DNA from: Octopus sinensis
Taxonomy: Eukaryota
Reading direction: 5' to 3'
DNA length: 64,000 nt
NCBI RefSeq assembly: GCF_006345805.1
Contig: NC_043022.1
Coordinates: 22,196,001 to 22,260,000, forward strand
Position numbers and translations under genes: made by a program. The notes beneath the pieces are model-generated. The model worked only from the letters and a program-made list of their open reading frames with translations, did not search any database and had not been told where the DNA came from. Below are positions 39,407 to 51,269 of this stretch, piece by piece (within the stretch, counting starts at the first letter, position 1; the number at the start of each line of letters is the position of its first letter).

Positions 39407-41384
39407 ACAATCACCGGTTTTCGATGAAAAGAGTTCCCAATGCAAATATTAAGACCCTTTTTCCAGTAACTATTCGTCACTGATCTTATACCTCGTTCAG
39501 AGATTTATAATATTTTTGTTGTTTTTGTAAAATCTCAGAAAATAATTTTAAAAATACACATTTTTTGTCAAATTATTTTGTTATATTTGTCTATCTATGC
39601 AACTGTAAACATTTTAAATATTTCACTAACTTTTTGTTATAACTTGGCAAAAGGGTGCGTATCTAGGGAGTGGAAGGAGAACTGTGTTCTGGGGGGAGCT
39701 TGTGACGAGTACAGATGAGGGTTTGTTTGATAAATCTAACAGTGTACTTTTGTGCAATGCCTGTTGTTTCTGTGATCTACAAATACCAGTTTGTGTATGT
39801 GTGTTTGTGTGTGCCTGTGTATGTGAGTGAATGAGTGAGTGAGTGTGAGTGAGTGTATAGTTGTATACAGCTATATATTTTATAATGTTATGCAGTGAGA
39901 AATAGAAGATTAGGACTTCAACCAATCTGAACACAAACCACCAACCACCACTACCTATCACCATTAGCTCCACTATCCCCACCACCACCTATCACCATTA
40001 GCTCCACTATCCCCACCACCACTACCACCACTTCATAAACAGCCTATCTAGTTATATGTAGCAGAACAGATTTGTTAGTGTTTTGGGAAGGTCAAAGTAT
40101 TTTAGACATGAAAAGTGTGTGAAGTAAGTTCCTGTGTCGGTTTCAGTATTTCATGCAGAGCTCAGGACTTGTGGTAGGCTGACTACCACAAGAATTATTT
40201 TAAAATGGCTGCCACATGTGGTGTGTGTGTGAGGATAACTGACATAAATGACATGTGGGGATGGTGGCCACAAACGATATGCAAGATCAGGTGGCGAGCT
40301 GGCAGAAATGTTAGCACACCGGGCTTAGCGGTATTTCATCTGTCGTTGCGTTCTGAGTTCAAATTCCGCCGAGGTCGACTTTGCCTTTCATCCTTTCAGG
40401 GTCGATAAATTAGTACCAGTTACACACTGGGGTCGATGTAATCGACTTAATCCGTTTGTCTGTCCTTGTTTGTCCCCTCTATGTTTAGCCCCTTGTGGGC
40501 AATAAAGAAACAGATATGCAAGATTAGCTGCAACAAATGACATGTAAGAGACTTAGCAGCCTATCATACTCAACAGCTAAGCTCCCTGTTGCATTTCAAA
40601 TGTAAAGCTAGCACCAACATTTAATAAAGAAGTTAGCTACTACATCTAGCAAAGTAGGCTTGCTGCTATATTTAGCAAGTCAAATGATTCCATAGCAGAA
40701 AAAAAACAAAAACAAAGCTTTCCCCTTTTTTAAACTTCGACTCATTTGATTGGCTGATGGAAAAACAGCAAGTGGGTGAGAGGGAGGAGAGACACACAAA
40801 GACTGGAGAAAAGAAAAAAGTCTTGAGTGGATGGTCTGAACTGTGGTAGAGGATGTATTTTCCTAAGTGGTTTTACTAACAAGTTTTGAGATCAAAAACT
40901 GGTGAGCTAGAGAACAGGGAGCTGAAGGAGGAAGGGATCAACCAGTTTATATAAACAGTTTAATAAGATGATAGTTTGTTATCACAACTCCTGTTGGCAA
41001 TAATGATGGTTGTACCATTATGCTTAATGATGAGTGTGTTCAAAATCACTGCCTATTATGGTGTTTCATAAGGAACTGAGTCCTTGATAAGAATGTTCTG
41101 TGAGGTTCTTACCATTGTACACTAGCTGCTATGAGTTGTGTATTTATGTGTATATTTACTTGTGTGTGTGTGTACACACACACACACATTTATATAAGTA
41201 AACATTAGATTAGTTCAAATGCTGGTGTGTTTATGTCCCTGTAACCTAGTGGTTTGGCAAAAGAGACCGATAGAATAAGTACTAGGCTTACAAAGAATGT
41301 GCTGGGTTTGATTTGCTCGACTACAGGCAGTGCTCCAGCATGGTCGCAGTCAAGTGACAAGCAAGTAAAAGAATAAAAGAATAT

Positions 41385-43320
41385 CAGGAATCACTGCTGA
41401 GATGATTAAAATATCCAGCAGTATAGGATACAACCTAGTCACCTGTGTAATTAATTGGGTTATTCAGGAAGGTGTCATCTCCAATGAGTGGTATAGTAGT
41501 ATTATAGCTAGCTGCTACAAGGGTAAAGGTGATGCCTTAGATAGAAATACCTACTGAGGTATCAAACTGCCGGACCAGGTCGTAAAAGTTACTGGGAGAA
41601 CTATAGCTCAATTGATTAGGAATAGAATTAAACTAGATAAGATGCAGTTTGGTTTTGTACTTGGGAAGAGTACCATCTTCCTAATGAGACCACTGCAGGA
41701 AAAGTATGTGGCCAAGAGTAAACCACCGTAGTTGGTTTTCATCAACCTGGAGAAAGCTTTTGACAAAGTTCCTTGCTCTGTAATCTGGTTGTCTCTAAAG
41801 AAGTTAGGAGTAGAGGAGTAGCTTGTTAGAGCTGTACAAGCCACGTATAGTGATTCTGCCAGGAAGGTGAGAGTCAGCCATGAATACAGTGATGAATTTA
41901 GCATACAAGTAGAGGTCCACTAGAGCTCAGATTTCAGTTCACTCTTATTCATCATAGTCTCCTCCAGGCCATAACAGAGGAATTCAAAACTGGATGTCAG
42001 TGTGAATTACTATACGCTGATGACCTCGTTCTTATTGCAGAATCTGTAGCAGAATAGAAGAAATTCCAGGTTTGAAAGCAAAACCTGGAATCAAAGGCCC
42101 TTAAAGTTAACCTAGCTAAGACCAAAGTTATTGTTAACAAGAAAGCAGATAAGACTAATTCCATCAGGTAAATGACCCTGTTCAATCTGTAAGAAAGGTG
42201 TTGGAAGTAATTCCATTTGCTGTACCAAATGTAAGCTATAGACACATAGGAGATGCAGTGGAATTACAGGTAGATTAACAGGTAAGGTCATCTTTGTGTG
42301 TGGCAGATGTGCAGGAACAATAAGCACTAAGAGAACATGGGACTTAGACTCTCTCAATTGTCCAGGAGGATCTCTCAAGATAGTAGATAATTTGTTACCT
42401 AGGTGAACTGGCTTCCGTGCCAGTGGGCATGTAAAAGGGCACCATTCGAGCGTGATCGTTACCAAAGTCGCCTTACTGGCACCCGTGCTGGTGGCATGTA
42501 TAAAAGGATTCGAGTGAGGTTGTTGCCAGTACCGCCTGACTGGCCCCCGTGCCGGTGGCACGTAAAAAGCACCCATTACACTCTCGGAGTGGTTGGCATT
42601 ATGAAGGGCATCCAGCTGTAGAAACTCTGCCAAATCAAGACTGGAGCCTGGTGCAGCCATCTGGTTTGCCAGCCCTCAGTCAAAATCGTCCAACCCATGC
42701 TAGCATGGAAAGCGGACATTAAACGACGATGATGATGATGATGAGGTGATCAAATTAGCAATAGGAGCGGATGCTCTGAAAGTATTATGTCTAGAATATG
42801 TATAAGATGGAAGTTCAGAGAGATACTAACTCCGTTGGCAACAAAGGACACTCGTTCTCTTTCTCAGGGTGAAATGTAGATTGTATGATGCTTGTGCACG
42901 AACAGCTAAACTCCATGGTAGTGAAACTTGAGCTCTGAATGCAGATAACATGCGCAGACGAGAGAGAAATGAAGGCAGTATGCCCCACTGAAAGTGCAGT
43001 GTGAATGTGCATGAAAGACAAAGCGCAAATGTGTTAGGAGAAAATTTGGGCATAAGAAGAATCAAATGCAACATGCAAGAGACGAGACTATGTTGGTTTG
43101 GACATGTGAAGTGCATGAATGAAGACAGTTGTATAAAGAAGTGCCGGTCACTGAAAGTGGATGGCACCTGTGGAAGAGGGAAACCCAGGAAGACACGTAA
43201 TGATGTGGTGAGGACTGACCTAGGTAAGTTGGGACCCAGAGAGGAAATGGCACTGGACCGAGATGTCTGGCGATATGAGGCTCTAGAAAAGACCCACCTA
43301 CATCAGCAAACATGAATTCT
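41385..43320 (+). mobile_element. RTE-clade LINE reverse transcriptase pseudogene
   Basis: KGKGDALD, MQFGF, FINLEKAFDKVP, LLYADDLVLIAES, LKVNLAKTK, RLCWFGHVKCM...GRGKPRKT, with many stops. Split by a family D insert (42404-42743) with aggtga duplicated. Confidence 0.9.
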
Positions 43321-44941
43321 AGAAGCATTGTGTCCCACAATAAAACTTTCACACACCCTACCTCAACAAACCAAGCTACACCCCCCCCAGTTTTTCTCTC
43401 CTCTTCCTCACATTTCTTCTTCATACACTATAATTATCTCCCATTCCCCAAACCAGTCCTTACTACTCTGTTAACTCTATTGTTGCTTCTACCATCCCCG
43501 CCTCTACATACCCAGATTTTCACCAGTCACAGCATGCCCCCAGCCCACTCCACACTACCCTGCTCACTGCATTGCTGCTTCTCTTGTCCCTTCCCCTTCT
43601 ATATACCCAGATTATCTCCAGTCGCTGCATTCTCCCACTCCTGATTCCTTGGTGATACCTTGCCAGCATCTGTCGCAATTCATCTCCTTCTTCTTTACCA
43701 TCCCATCTATACCCTGATCTCCGTTCCTTGCAAGCATACCCTGGCACTCACTGGCATCCCTCTCCTGCTCTTGCTGTCTCCTACTCTCCCTCTCTCTCCC
43801 TTGCTGTCCCCTCTGGTGGAGTAATCTTGTATCTCCACTACAGCAACAAACCTGTCTGCCCTCATTCTTGTTCATTCTCCCTCTCTTTCTCTTCCCCTCT
43901 CTGGCTGGGTAACGTTGGACTTCCTCTACAGCAAGACAGCTGTTTCTGCCTCTCTTTCAACATCTGACGCAAGATCACCTCCTCTAATGCTCCATTCCCT
44001 CCCAAAGACCCTTTGTCTTGCAAAGTCACTTGGCAACCCCCACCAGTGCAGGTGCCACTTAAAAAGCACCCAGTCCATACTGTAAAGTGGTTGGCATTTG
44101 GAAAGGCATCCAGTTGTAAAGACTACACCAAAAATGATCTCACTTGTGCAAGTGCCACATAAAAAGCACTGGCCCACTCTAAAGAGTAGTGGGTGTTAAG
44201 AAGCGCATCCAGCTGTTAAAAACCATGCCAAAACACACCCAGAAGCATGGCGTAGCAGTCAAACCAGCCAACCCATGGCAGCATAGAAGAAGGACGTTAA
44301 ACAATGATAACAATATATACATATCATTGCTGTTATGCAAAAGTGTCATAAGTCCAAAATGCTGCTTTTTCAGAAAACGAAGAAATAGTTCCACCATTCC
44401 ATTTCCTTTTACATTAACAACAGTTTCAGCTTAACAATATTACTTTGTTGGAAGGCGGCGAGCTGACAGAAACGTTAGCACACCAGGCGAAATACGTAGC
44501 CGTATGTCGTCTGCCGTTACGTTCTGAGTTCAAATTCCGCCAAGGTCGACTTTGCCTTTCATCCTTTCGGGGTCGATAAATTAAGTACCAGTTACGCACT
44601 GGAGTCGATGTAATCGACTTAATCCGTTTGTCTGTCCTTGTTTGTCCCCTCTGTGTTTAGTCCTTTGTGGGTAGTAAAAAAAGAAATAATACTTTGTTGG
44701 GTGCATAAAATCCTAACTCCATGCATGTATGATATTTTCAGTCAGAAATGTTTTTTGCAAAATTATCATATGTGGATACTTGCTGTACTTTCGAAAAATG
44801 CTAAACCATTGTACTACACTTTGACAATTTTCATCTGAAACAGCTGGAGATACAACAGCTTGAGCAAAAAACAGTTTTGCAAGCAAAATTAAATACTGCT
44901 AGAACTGGTTTTAATTGATTAATATCAATTTCTACTCTTAT

Positions 44942-45018
<77 letters not shown>

Positions 45019-45058
45019 AGTATATTTATCAAAATAAAAACATGATGCAAAGGATTTA

Positions 45059-45145
45059 GCGGTACATATGTTTCGGGCCTTTATTAGACGGTTTATAACA
45101 ATGCATAATTGATGTAAATGTGTGTCTATAGCCTTCTTCAGCCGC
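45059..45145 (-). ncRNA. Type I hammerhead ribozyme with extended stem-loop II
   Basis: GCGG-CUGAAGA-A-GGCUAUAGAC...GUCUAAUAAAGGCC-C-GAAA-CAUAUG-UA-CCGC, in a ~250 bp insert between (TA)/(GA) tracts. Confidence 0.8.
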
Positions 45146-47314
45146 GTACAATTACTACTTCAAGGACATGTATTACATTATAAGTTTTACGTTGGGGATG
45201 CAAATCCTCATAGTCGCATACGACAGAGCAAGCGCCAAAACAAAATCAAAGCGTCCATCCCGTTTTTCACTCGATGTATATATATATATATATATACATA
45301 CACACACAAGCATATATTCTTACCACACAGCCATGCCTGAGCCTGCATATATATAACCCACACACTGATATACATGTACAGAAGTTTAACGATGTGGTTA
45401 GTAACAGTGAGAATACACTCCAGCAAACTTTCTATAGACTCAACTGAAGGACAAAGGACCACACATCACACAGAGTAGACCCAGAATATTGCATATGAGA
45501 GAAGGAATAAGGAGAAAAAGGAGGAGTGAGAAAGAGGGGATTGATAGTGAGAGGCGTGAGAGTGAGAGGAGTGAGAAAAATCAGAGTGAGACAGAGACAA
45601 GGAGTGAGCGAAAAACAGAATGAATGAGAAAAAAAATGGAGAAATGATAGAGAGACGGGGGGGGGGGTTGAGGTAGGTGAGAGAGGGAAGGAGAAAAATG
45701 GTAAGATTGAGAGACAGGGTTGATGGGAAGAGAGGTAAACAAAATAGTCAATAGACTAATTGACATAAAGTATTTATCTGTAAAGTCATCTTTAAGCATG
45801 GAACTCTTCTTAACCTTGTATTTACTCTTATAGGAATACATCTCAATTTTGACACCATCTGCTAAAAGAGAAATGAAAACAGCTGCCAATTTATGCGGGG
45901 TTTACATGTATGCATCTGTACACATGCATGTGTGTATGTGTGCGTGTGCATAGACAGATAGATAGATATGTGTGTATGGATACACACACACACACATCTG
46001 AAATGATGCTGATATTCCATATATTACAACAGAGTGATCTGAGTAGCATACTCTTTTTACTCTTTTACTTGTTTCAGTCATTTGACTGCGGCCACGCTGG
46101 AGCACCGCCTTTAGTCGAGCAAATCAACCCCGAGACTTATTCTTTGTAAGCCCAGTGCTTATTCTATCGGTTTCTTTTTGCCGAACCGCTTAGTGACGGG
46201 GACATAAACACACCAGCATTGGTTGTCAAGCAATGCTAGGGGGACAAACACACACAAACACACACACATATATATATATATATACATATATACGACAGGT
46301 TTCTTTCAGTTTCCGTCTACCAAATCCACTCACAAGGCATTGGTCGGCCCGGGGCTATAGCAGAAGACACTTGCCCAAAATGCCACGCAGTGGGACTGAA
46401 CCCGGAACCATGTGGTTGGTAAGCTAGCTATTTACCACACAGCCACTCCTGCGCCTATGATATGTGTGTATGGATACACACACACATCTGAAATGATGCT
46501 GATATTCCATATATTACAACAGAGTGATCTGAGTAGCATGTGAAGCATATGTATATATCATCATCATCGTTTAACGTCCGTTTTCCATGCTGGCATGGGT
46601 TGGATGGTTTGACTGGGGTCTGGCAAGCCAGGAGGCTGCACCAGGCTCCAATCTGACCTGGCAATGTCTCTACACCAGGATGCCCTTCCTAGTGCCAACC
46701 ACTCAGAGTGTAGTGGATGTTTTTTACATGCCACCGGCACAGGAGCCAGATGGGGCGAGGGGCTGGCATTGATGTTTGGATGGTGCTTTTTACATGCCAC
46801 TGGCACAGAAGCCAGCACTGGCATCGGCCATGTTCGGATAGTGCTTTTTATGTGCCACCAGCAAAGAAGCCAGACATGGCAAGGGGGCTGGCATTAACCA
46901 CGTTTCGATGGTGCTTTTTATGTGCCACCAGCACAGGAGCCAGTCAGGCTGCACTGGCAATGACCGACACATGAATGGTGCTTATTGCGTGCCACCAGCA
47001 GGGGGGCCAGTCAGGCAGCACTGGCATTAGCCACAACTACAATTTCCATTTGATTGTGTGTGTATATATATATATATGTAGTGAGTGTATGAGAGGAATT
47101 AGTGTCTAGAAGACCCAAAGAGTGGTGGGTAACACTAAGTACTATGGACAGACCATAGTTAAACTCTTGGTTCGATTGTGATACAAGTCATGAGTCCAAT
47201 GTGGGTCTTGTATTAGCATGCATGCATATATATATATATATATATATATATTAGACAAAATGAGATAACAAAGCCAAGGCCATGAGGAGTTTTCAGGACA
47301 TTTATTAGGAAATA

Positions 47315-47362
47315 GTCTTAGAGCTGTTTCTGGGATATTATGGATATCCCTTCATCAGAGAC
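47315..47362 (-). ncRNA. Minimal type I hammerhead ribozyme (stem III mutated)
   Basis: GUCU-CUGAUGA-A-GGGAUAU(CCAUA)AUAUCCC-A-GAAA-CAGCUC-UA-AGAC. CAGCUG expected. Confidence 0.7.
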
Positions 47363-47629
47363 GGTGTGAGATGGTTAAATAGAGGAAATATTTGAGTTTG
47401 AATTAATATGGAAAAGGAGGAGATAGGGAATATAGAGGGAATAAGAAAATGAAAGTAGAAATAAGAGAATGAAAGTAGAAATAAGATATATAAAGATTTT
47501 GGAGTTGCAGTTCCATTATTCTATGTATATATACAGTGAATCCAAACAAAGAAGAACAAACATGAAAAAACAACAACATGAGGACATGGTACAAGTAATG
47601 TATTATCAGACGCTCAGGAAAGAAAGAGG

Positions 47630-47664
47630 ATTTAACATTTCGAGCAAAGCTCTTCTTCAGAAAT
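47630..47664 (-). ncRNA. Minimal type I hammerhead ribozyme (one substitution)
   Basis: AUUU-CUGAAGA-A-GAGC(UUU)GCUC-GAAA-UGUU-AAAU. Its 3' tail resembles ~14680-14750. Confidence 0.65.
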
Positions 47665-47984
47665 AGAGGAAAGTCCCAAAGAAGAGAAGATGGAGGAGGA
47701 AAATCGCCAATGATTCACATTTGGTTACATTTTGAAATGACCAGAAGGGAATGGAGGGAAGAAAAAGTTCTTTCTAAGACAGGAGAGTGTAAGAGAAGGA
47801 GGTATGTGTGAGTATATGCATGCGCGCAGGTCTGTGTCTGTGTAATAATAGCACGTGTGTATGTATTGTGTGTGTGTGCGCGTGTGGTTCTGGCTGTTTA
47901 TATGTGTATGTGTGAGTGGACTGTGTGTTGCTTGATGTCATAGGATGAATTTATAGGAGTGGCTGTAGCGTGTCTCTTGTGTAT

Positions 47985-48095
47985 ATATATGTGTGTATAT
48001 ATATAAATATATATATATATATGTATATGTGTGTATATATATAAATATATATATATATGTATATATTTGTATATGTATATATATATATATATATA

Positions 48096-48141
<46 letters not shown>

Positions 48142-48598
48142 ATGTATATATTTGTATATGTATATATATGTATATATTTTTGTATGTGTGCGTGTATATA
48201 TATATATATATTATATATATATATATATATATTATATGTATATATTTGTATATGTATATATATATATGTATGTATATGTGTATATATATATATATGTATG
48301 TATATTTATATGGTAATGATAAAACTCAGAGCGAGTTATATACAGTAGCAGTAACACATCGTGACGCATATTTGCCATTTGAATATGGCTAACCCCTAAG
48401 GGTGGATGCTACTGGGGCTACAAACTACAGTAGCATCCACCCTTAGGGGTTAGCCATATCCAAATGGCAAATATGCGTCATGATATATTTATATGTATAT
48501 ATATTATATATATATATGTATATATATATTTATATGTATACATATTTATATATATATGAATATATATTTATATGTATATATATATGTATATATGCATA

Positions 48599-48640
<42 letters not shown>
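47985..48640. repeat. Compound (TA)n/(TG)n tract containing an inverted duplication at 48362-48480
   Basis: Low-complexity sequence. The palindrome arms match the 32450/39200 family. Confidence 0.9.
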
Positions 48641-48643
<3 letters not shown>

Positions 48644-49087
48644 CTTTACTACCCACAAGGGGCTAAACACAGAGGGGACAAACAAGGACAGACAAACGGA
48701 TTAAGTCGATTACATCAATCCCAGTGCGTAACTGGTACTTAATTTATCAACCCCGAAAGGATGAAAGGCAAAGTCGACCTCGGTGGAATTTGAACTCAGA
48801 ACGTAACGGCAGACGAAATACGGCTACGCATTTCACCCGCCAGCTCGCCGCCTTGATATATATATATCACTTGCGAACACCTGTTGAGGCAAGCGAAAGC
48901 ATTGTCATGGCCAATGACAGTATCACCTGACTGGCACCTGTGCCAGTGGTACATAAAAAAGCACCATTCGAGTATGGCTGATGCCAGTGCCACCTGACTG
49001 ATCTAGGTACAGCCTTCTTGCTTGTCAGCCTTTAGTCAAACCATCCAACCCTTGCTAGCATAGAAAGCGGACATTAAATGACGATGA

Positions 49088-49126
<39 letters not shown>

Positions 49127-49129
<3 letters not shown>

Positions 49130-50300
49130 CGGCATACCTCACCCTATTTCATTAATTGGTTCCAAGAAATATGACTTAAGTCGAACTAACTTCTCTCTAG
49201 GCTAGGCCAGGCCAAATTTACTTGTCTCTACGCTACACTGATAATAACCATTCACAGTTCTGTACTTTATTTATGAAAGCATTTCCTATAACACATGGGT
49301 AATAAAATTCTATTTTAAGCTTACAAATATTTTTTTTTTTTTAATACAGTGCAGTAAAAAAAAAAGTAATCTAAATTAACGAATACAATTTGGCGGTGTT
49401 TACCATACATCGCGGACACTTTATTTATGAATGCAGTTTGCAAGAAGATACGTTCTTTTGAGTCCTTGTAGCCCGGAATAGCTTTCTCTTCCTTGGAAAT
49501 GAATGAATGGTCTAGCAATTTTTTCCGATACAATCCAGTTTCGTCTACATTAAAAATCTGTTCGGGAAAAAACCTGTTTTCTTCAATGATTTTCTTTAAT
49601 GCATTATGAAATACCGTTGCTGCTTGTTTGTCAGCTGATGTACTTTCACCTTGCTTCTTAATGGAGTGATAACTTCTTTGCTCCTTAAATCTTGTGAACC
49701 ATCCTTAACCTGCCTTGGACTCTACACCTTTCTTATCTGGATATTTTTCTTCAGGCCCTCAAACAAAGACAACACTTTCTCTTGAAGGATTTCTTGACTA
49801 AGAGTACCATGCTGATGACTCAACCTAACAATCCAAAGAGAAAGAAGATTTTCCATTTCTCCAAAGATTTTGCCTCTTTTCTTATTGACGGCAGTGTTCT
49901 TCATCCATGGGGCTTCAGATTTGATATGTGATAAAATCTTGTCCTTATTATGTACAATCATCAATACAGTTGTCCAACTCATCCCAAAAGATCATGCAAG
50001 TGCTACCACTTTTTCACCCTTTTCATGGCATTTTAACATAGCCAGTTTAGCTTCCAGTGTTATAAGCAATGACATTTAACACTTTCACTATGAATTTTTT
50101 TAGGAGCCATGGGGGTAAAAAATAAAGTCACAAATGAATGAGAAAGTAGCCGATAAACAGATATAAATAAATCTGAATTCAAAACAACTGCAGGAATCAC
50201 AAGCCACAATGATGCCTAAAAGTAGATACTGGAACTACAATGCAATATGAGTTCTGAAAGACTGATTAATAAGACAACACAGCTGATTCCATGATTTCGT
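49127..50300 (-). mobile_element. Tigger/pogo transposon remnant
   Basis: CENP-B-type HTH (EMENLLSLWI...EILQEKVLSLFEGLK), QIFNVDETGLYRKK, TIR-like ccggcatacctc at ~49129. Confidence 0.8.
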
Positions 50301-50479
50301 GCACTATGGTGTGTGTCTTAACATTTACTGTACGCATTTTAATGTGATTTTATATGCTTTTATTATTTATTGTACAGTAACATGATTTCATGTGCTTTTA
50401 ATGGTTTACTAATGTATTGTTTAAATAACGCAAAGATGAAAATAACACTGACATCTCATTTTAACATATATTTACCAAA

Positions 50480-51268
50480 ATTACATAAAAATATCAAAGA
50501 GTAAATTTATTCAATAAAATCGCCATTGGCTTCAACTACGGCCTCCAGATGACTTTGGAATCTCCTGCAATTCTTCTGGATGGTTTCCTTGTTTAAGTTG
50601 GTGAATGCTGCCATAATCCTTCATCTTTGGTGTTACAAAGAATTTTTTGTGGTCTCTCGCTCCACTGCGCTCCACACATAATAATGAAGGGGGTTGTAGT
50701 TCGGGGAGTTAGGTGGCCAGATGTTATGGGTGATGTGATTGCAGGAATTGTCTGACAGCCATGACTGGGTTCTCCTGCTAGTGTGACATGGTGCAGAGTC
50801 CTGTTGCCAGACATAGGGTCTTCCAGCAGCCAACCTCTTGACCTAGAGCAGCAATATCACCTCCAGGCATTTGATGTAGGCCTCCGTATTGAGTCTGAGG
50901 CAGCGTGGGAAGATGAATGGAGGCATAATGTCACCATCACTAGTGATCAATCCAAATACCATGATGTTGACTGGATGTTTGATCTTTATAAACTCTCGGT
51001 ACATGTTTTGAGGACATGGCAAACCAACGGTTGTTCTGTGTGTTCACCATCTTTTTGTAATGGAGATTCAGACATGAATGCCAAGCAGTACAGCATGTCA
51101 TTTCCAAATTTCTGGTAGAGTGAATTGTGTCATGGTGCTGTTTTACTCACTGGCTGTGCCCAACTGACCCTACTATACTGTGTAGTCAGCAAAATCAAAA
51201 ACAAACAATGCACAAGCGCGAAATCAAAATTATAAAATGGTGACAATTTACCCATCGCACCCAGTATA
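50480..51268 (-). mobile_element. maT/DD37D-like Tc1-mariner transposon, internally deleted
   Basis: PYVWQQDSAPCHTSRRTQSWL...WPPNSPNYNPLHYYVWSAVE. Terminus ta-ctgggtgcgatgggtaaattgtca. Confidence 0.75.
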
Positions 51269-51269
51269 T

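Noticed and set aside
46700-47030. Regular ~55-bp repeats with variable spacers
   Set aside because: Internal tandem units of dispersed repeat family D, seen at several loci in the window.
47993-48704. YI-rich ORFs
   Set aside because: (TA)n microsatellite translations.
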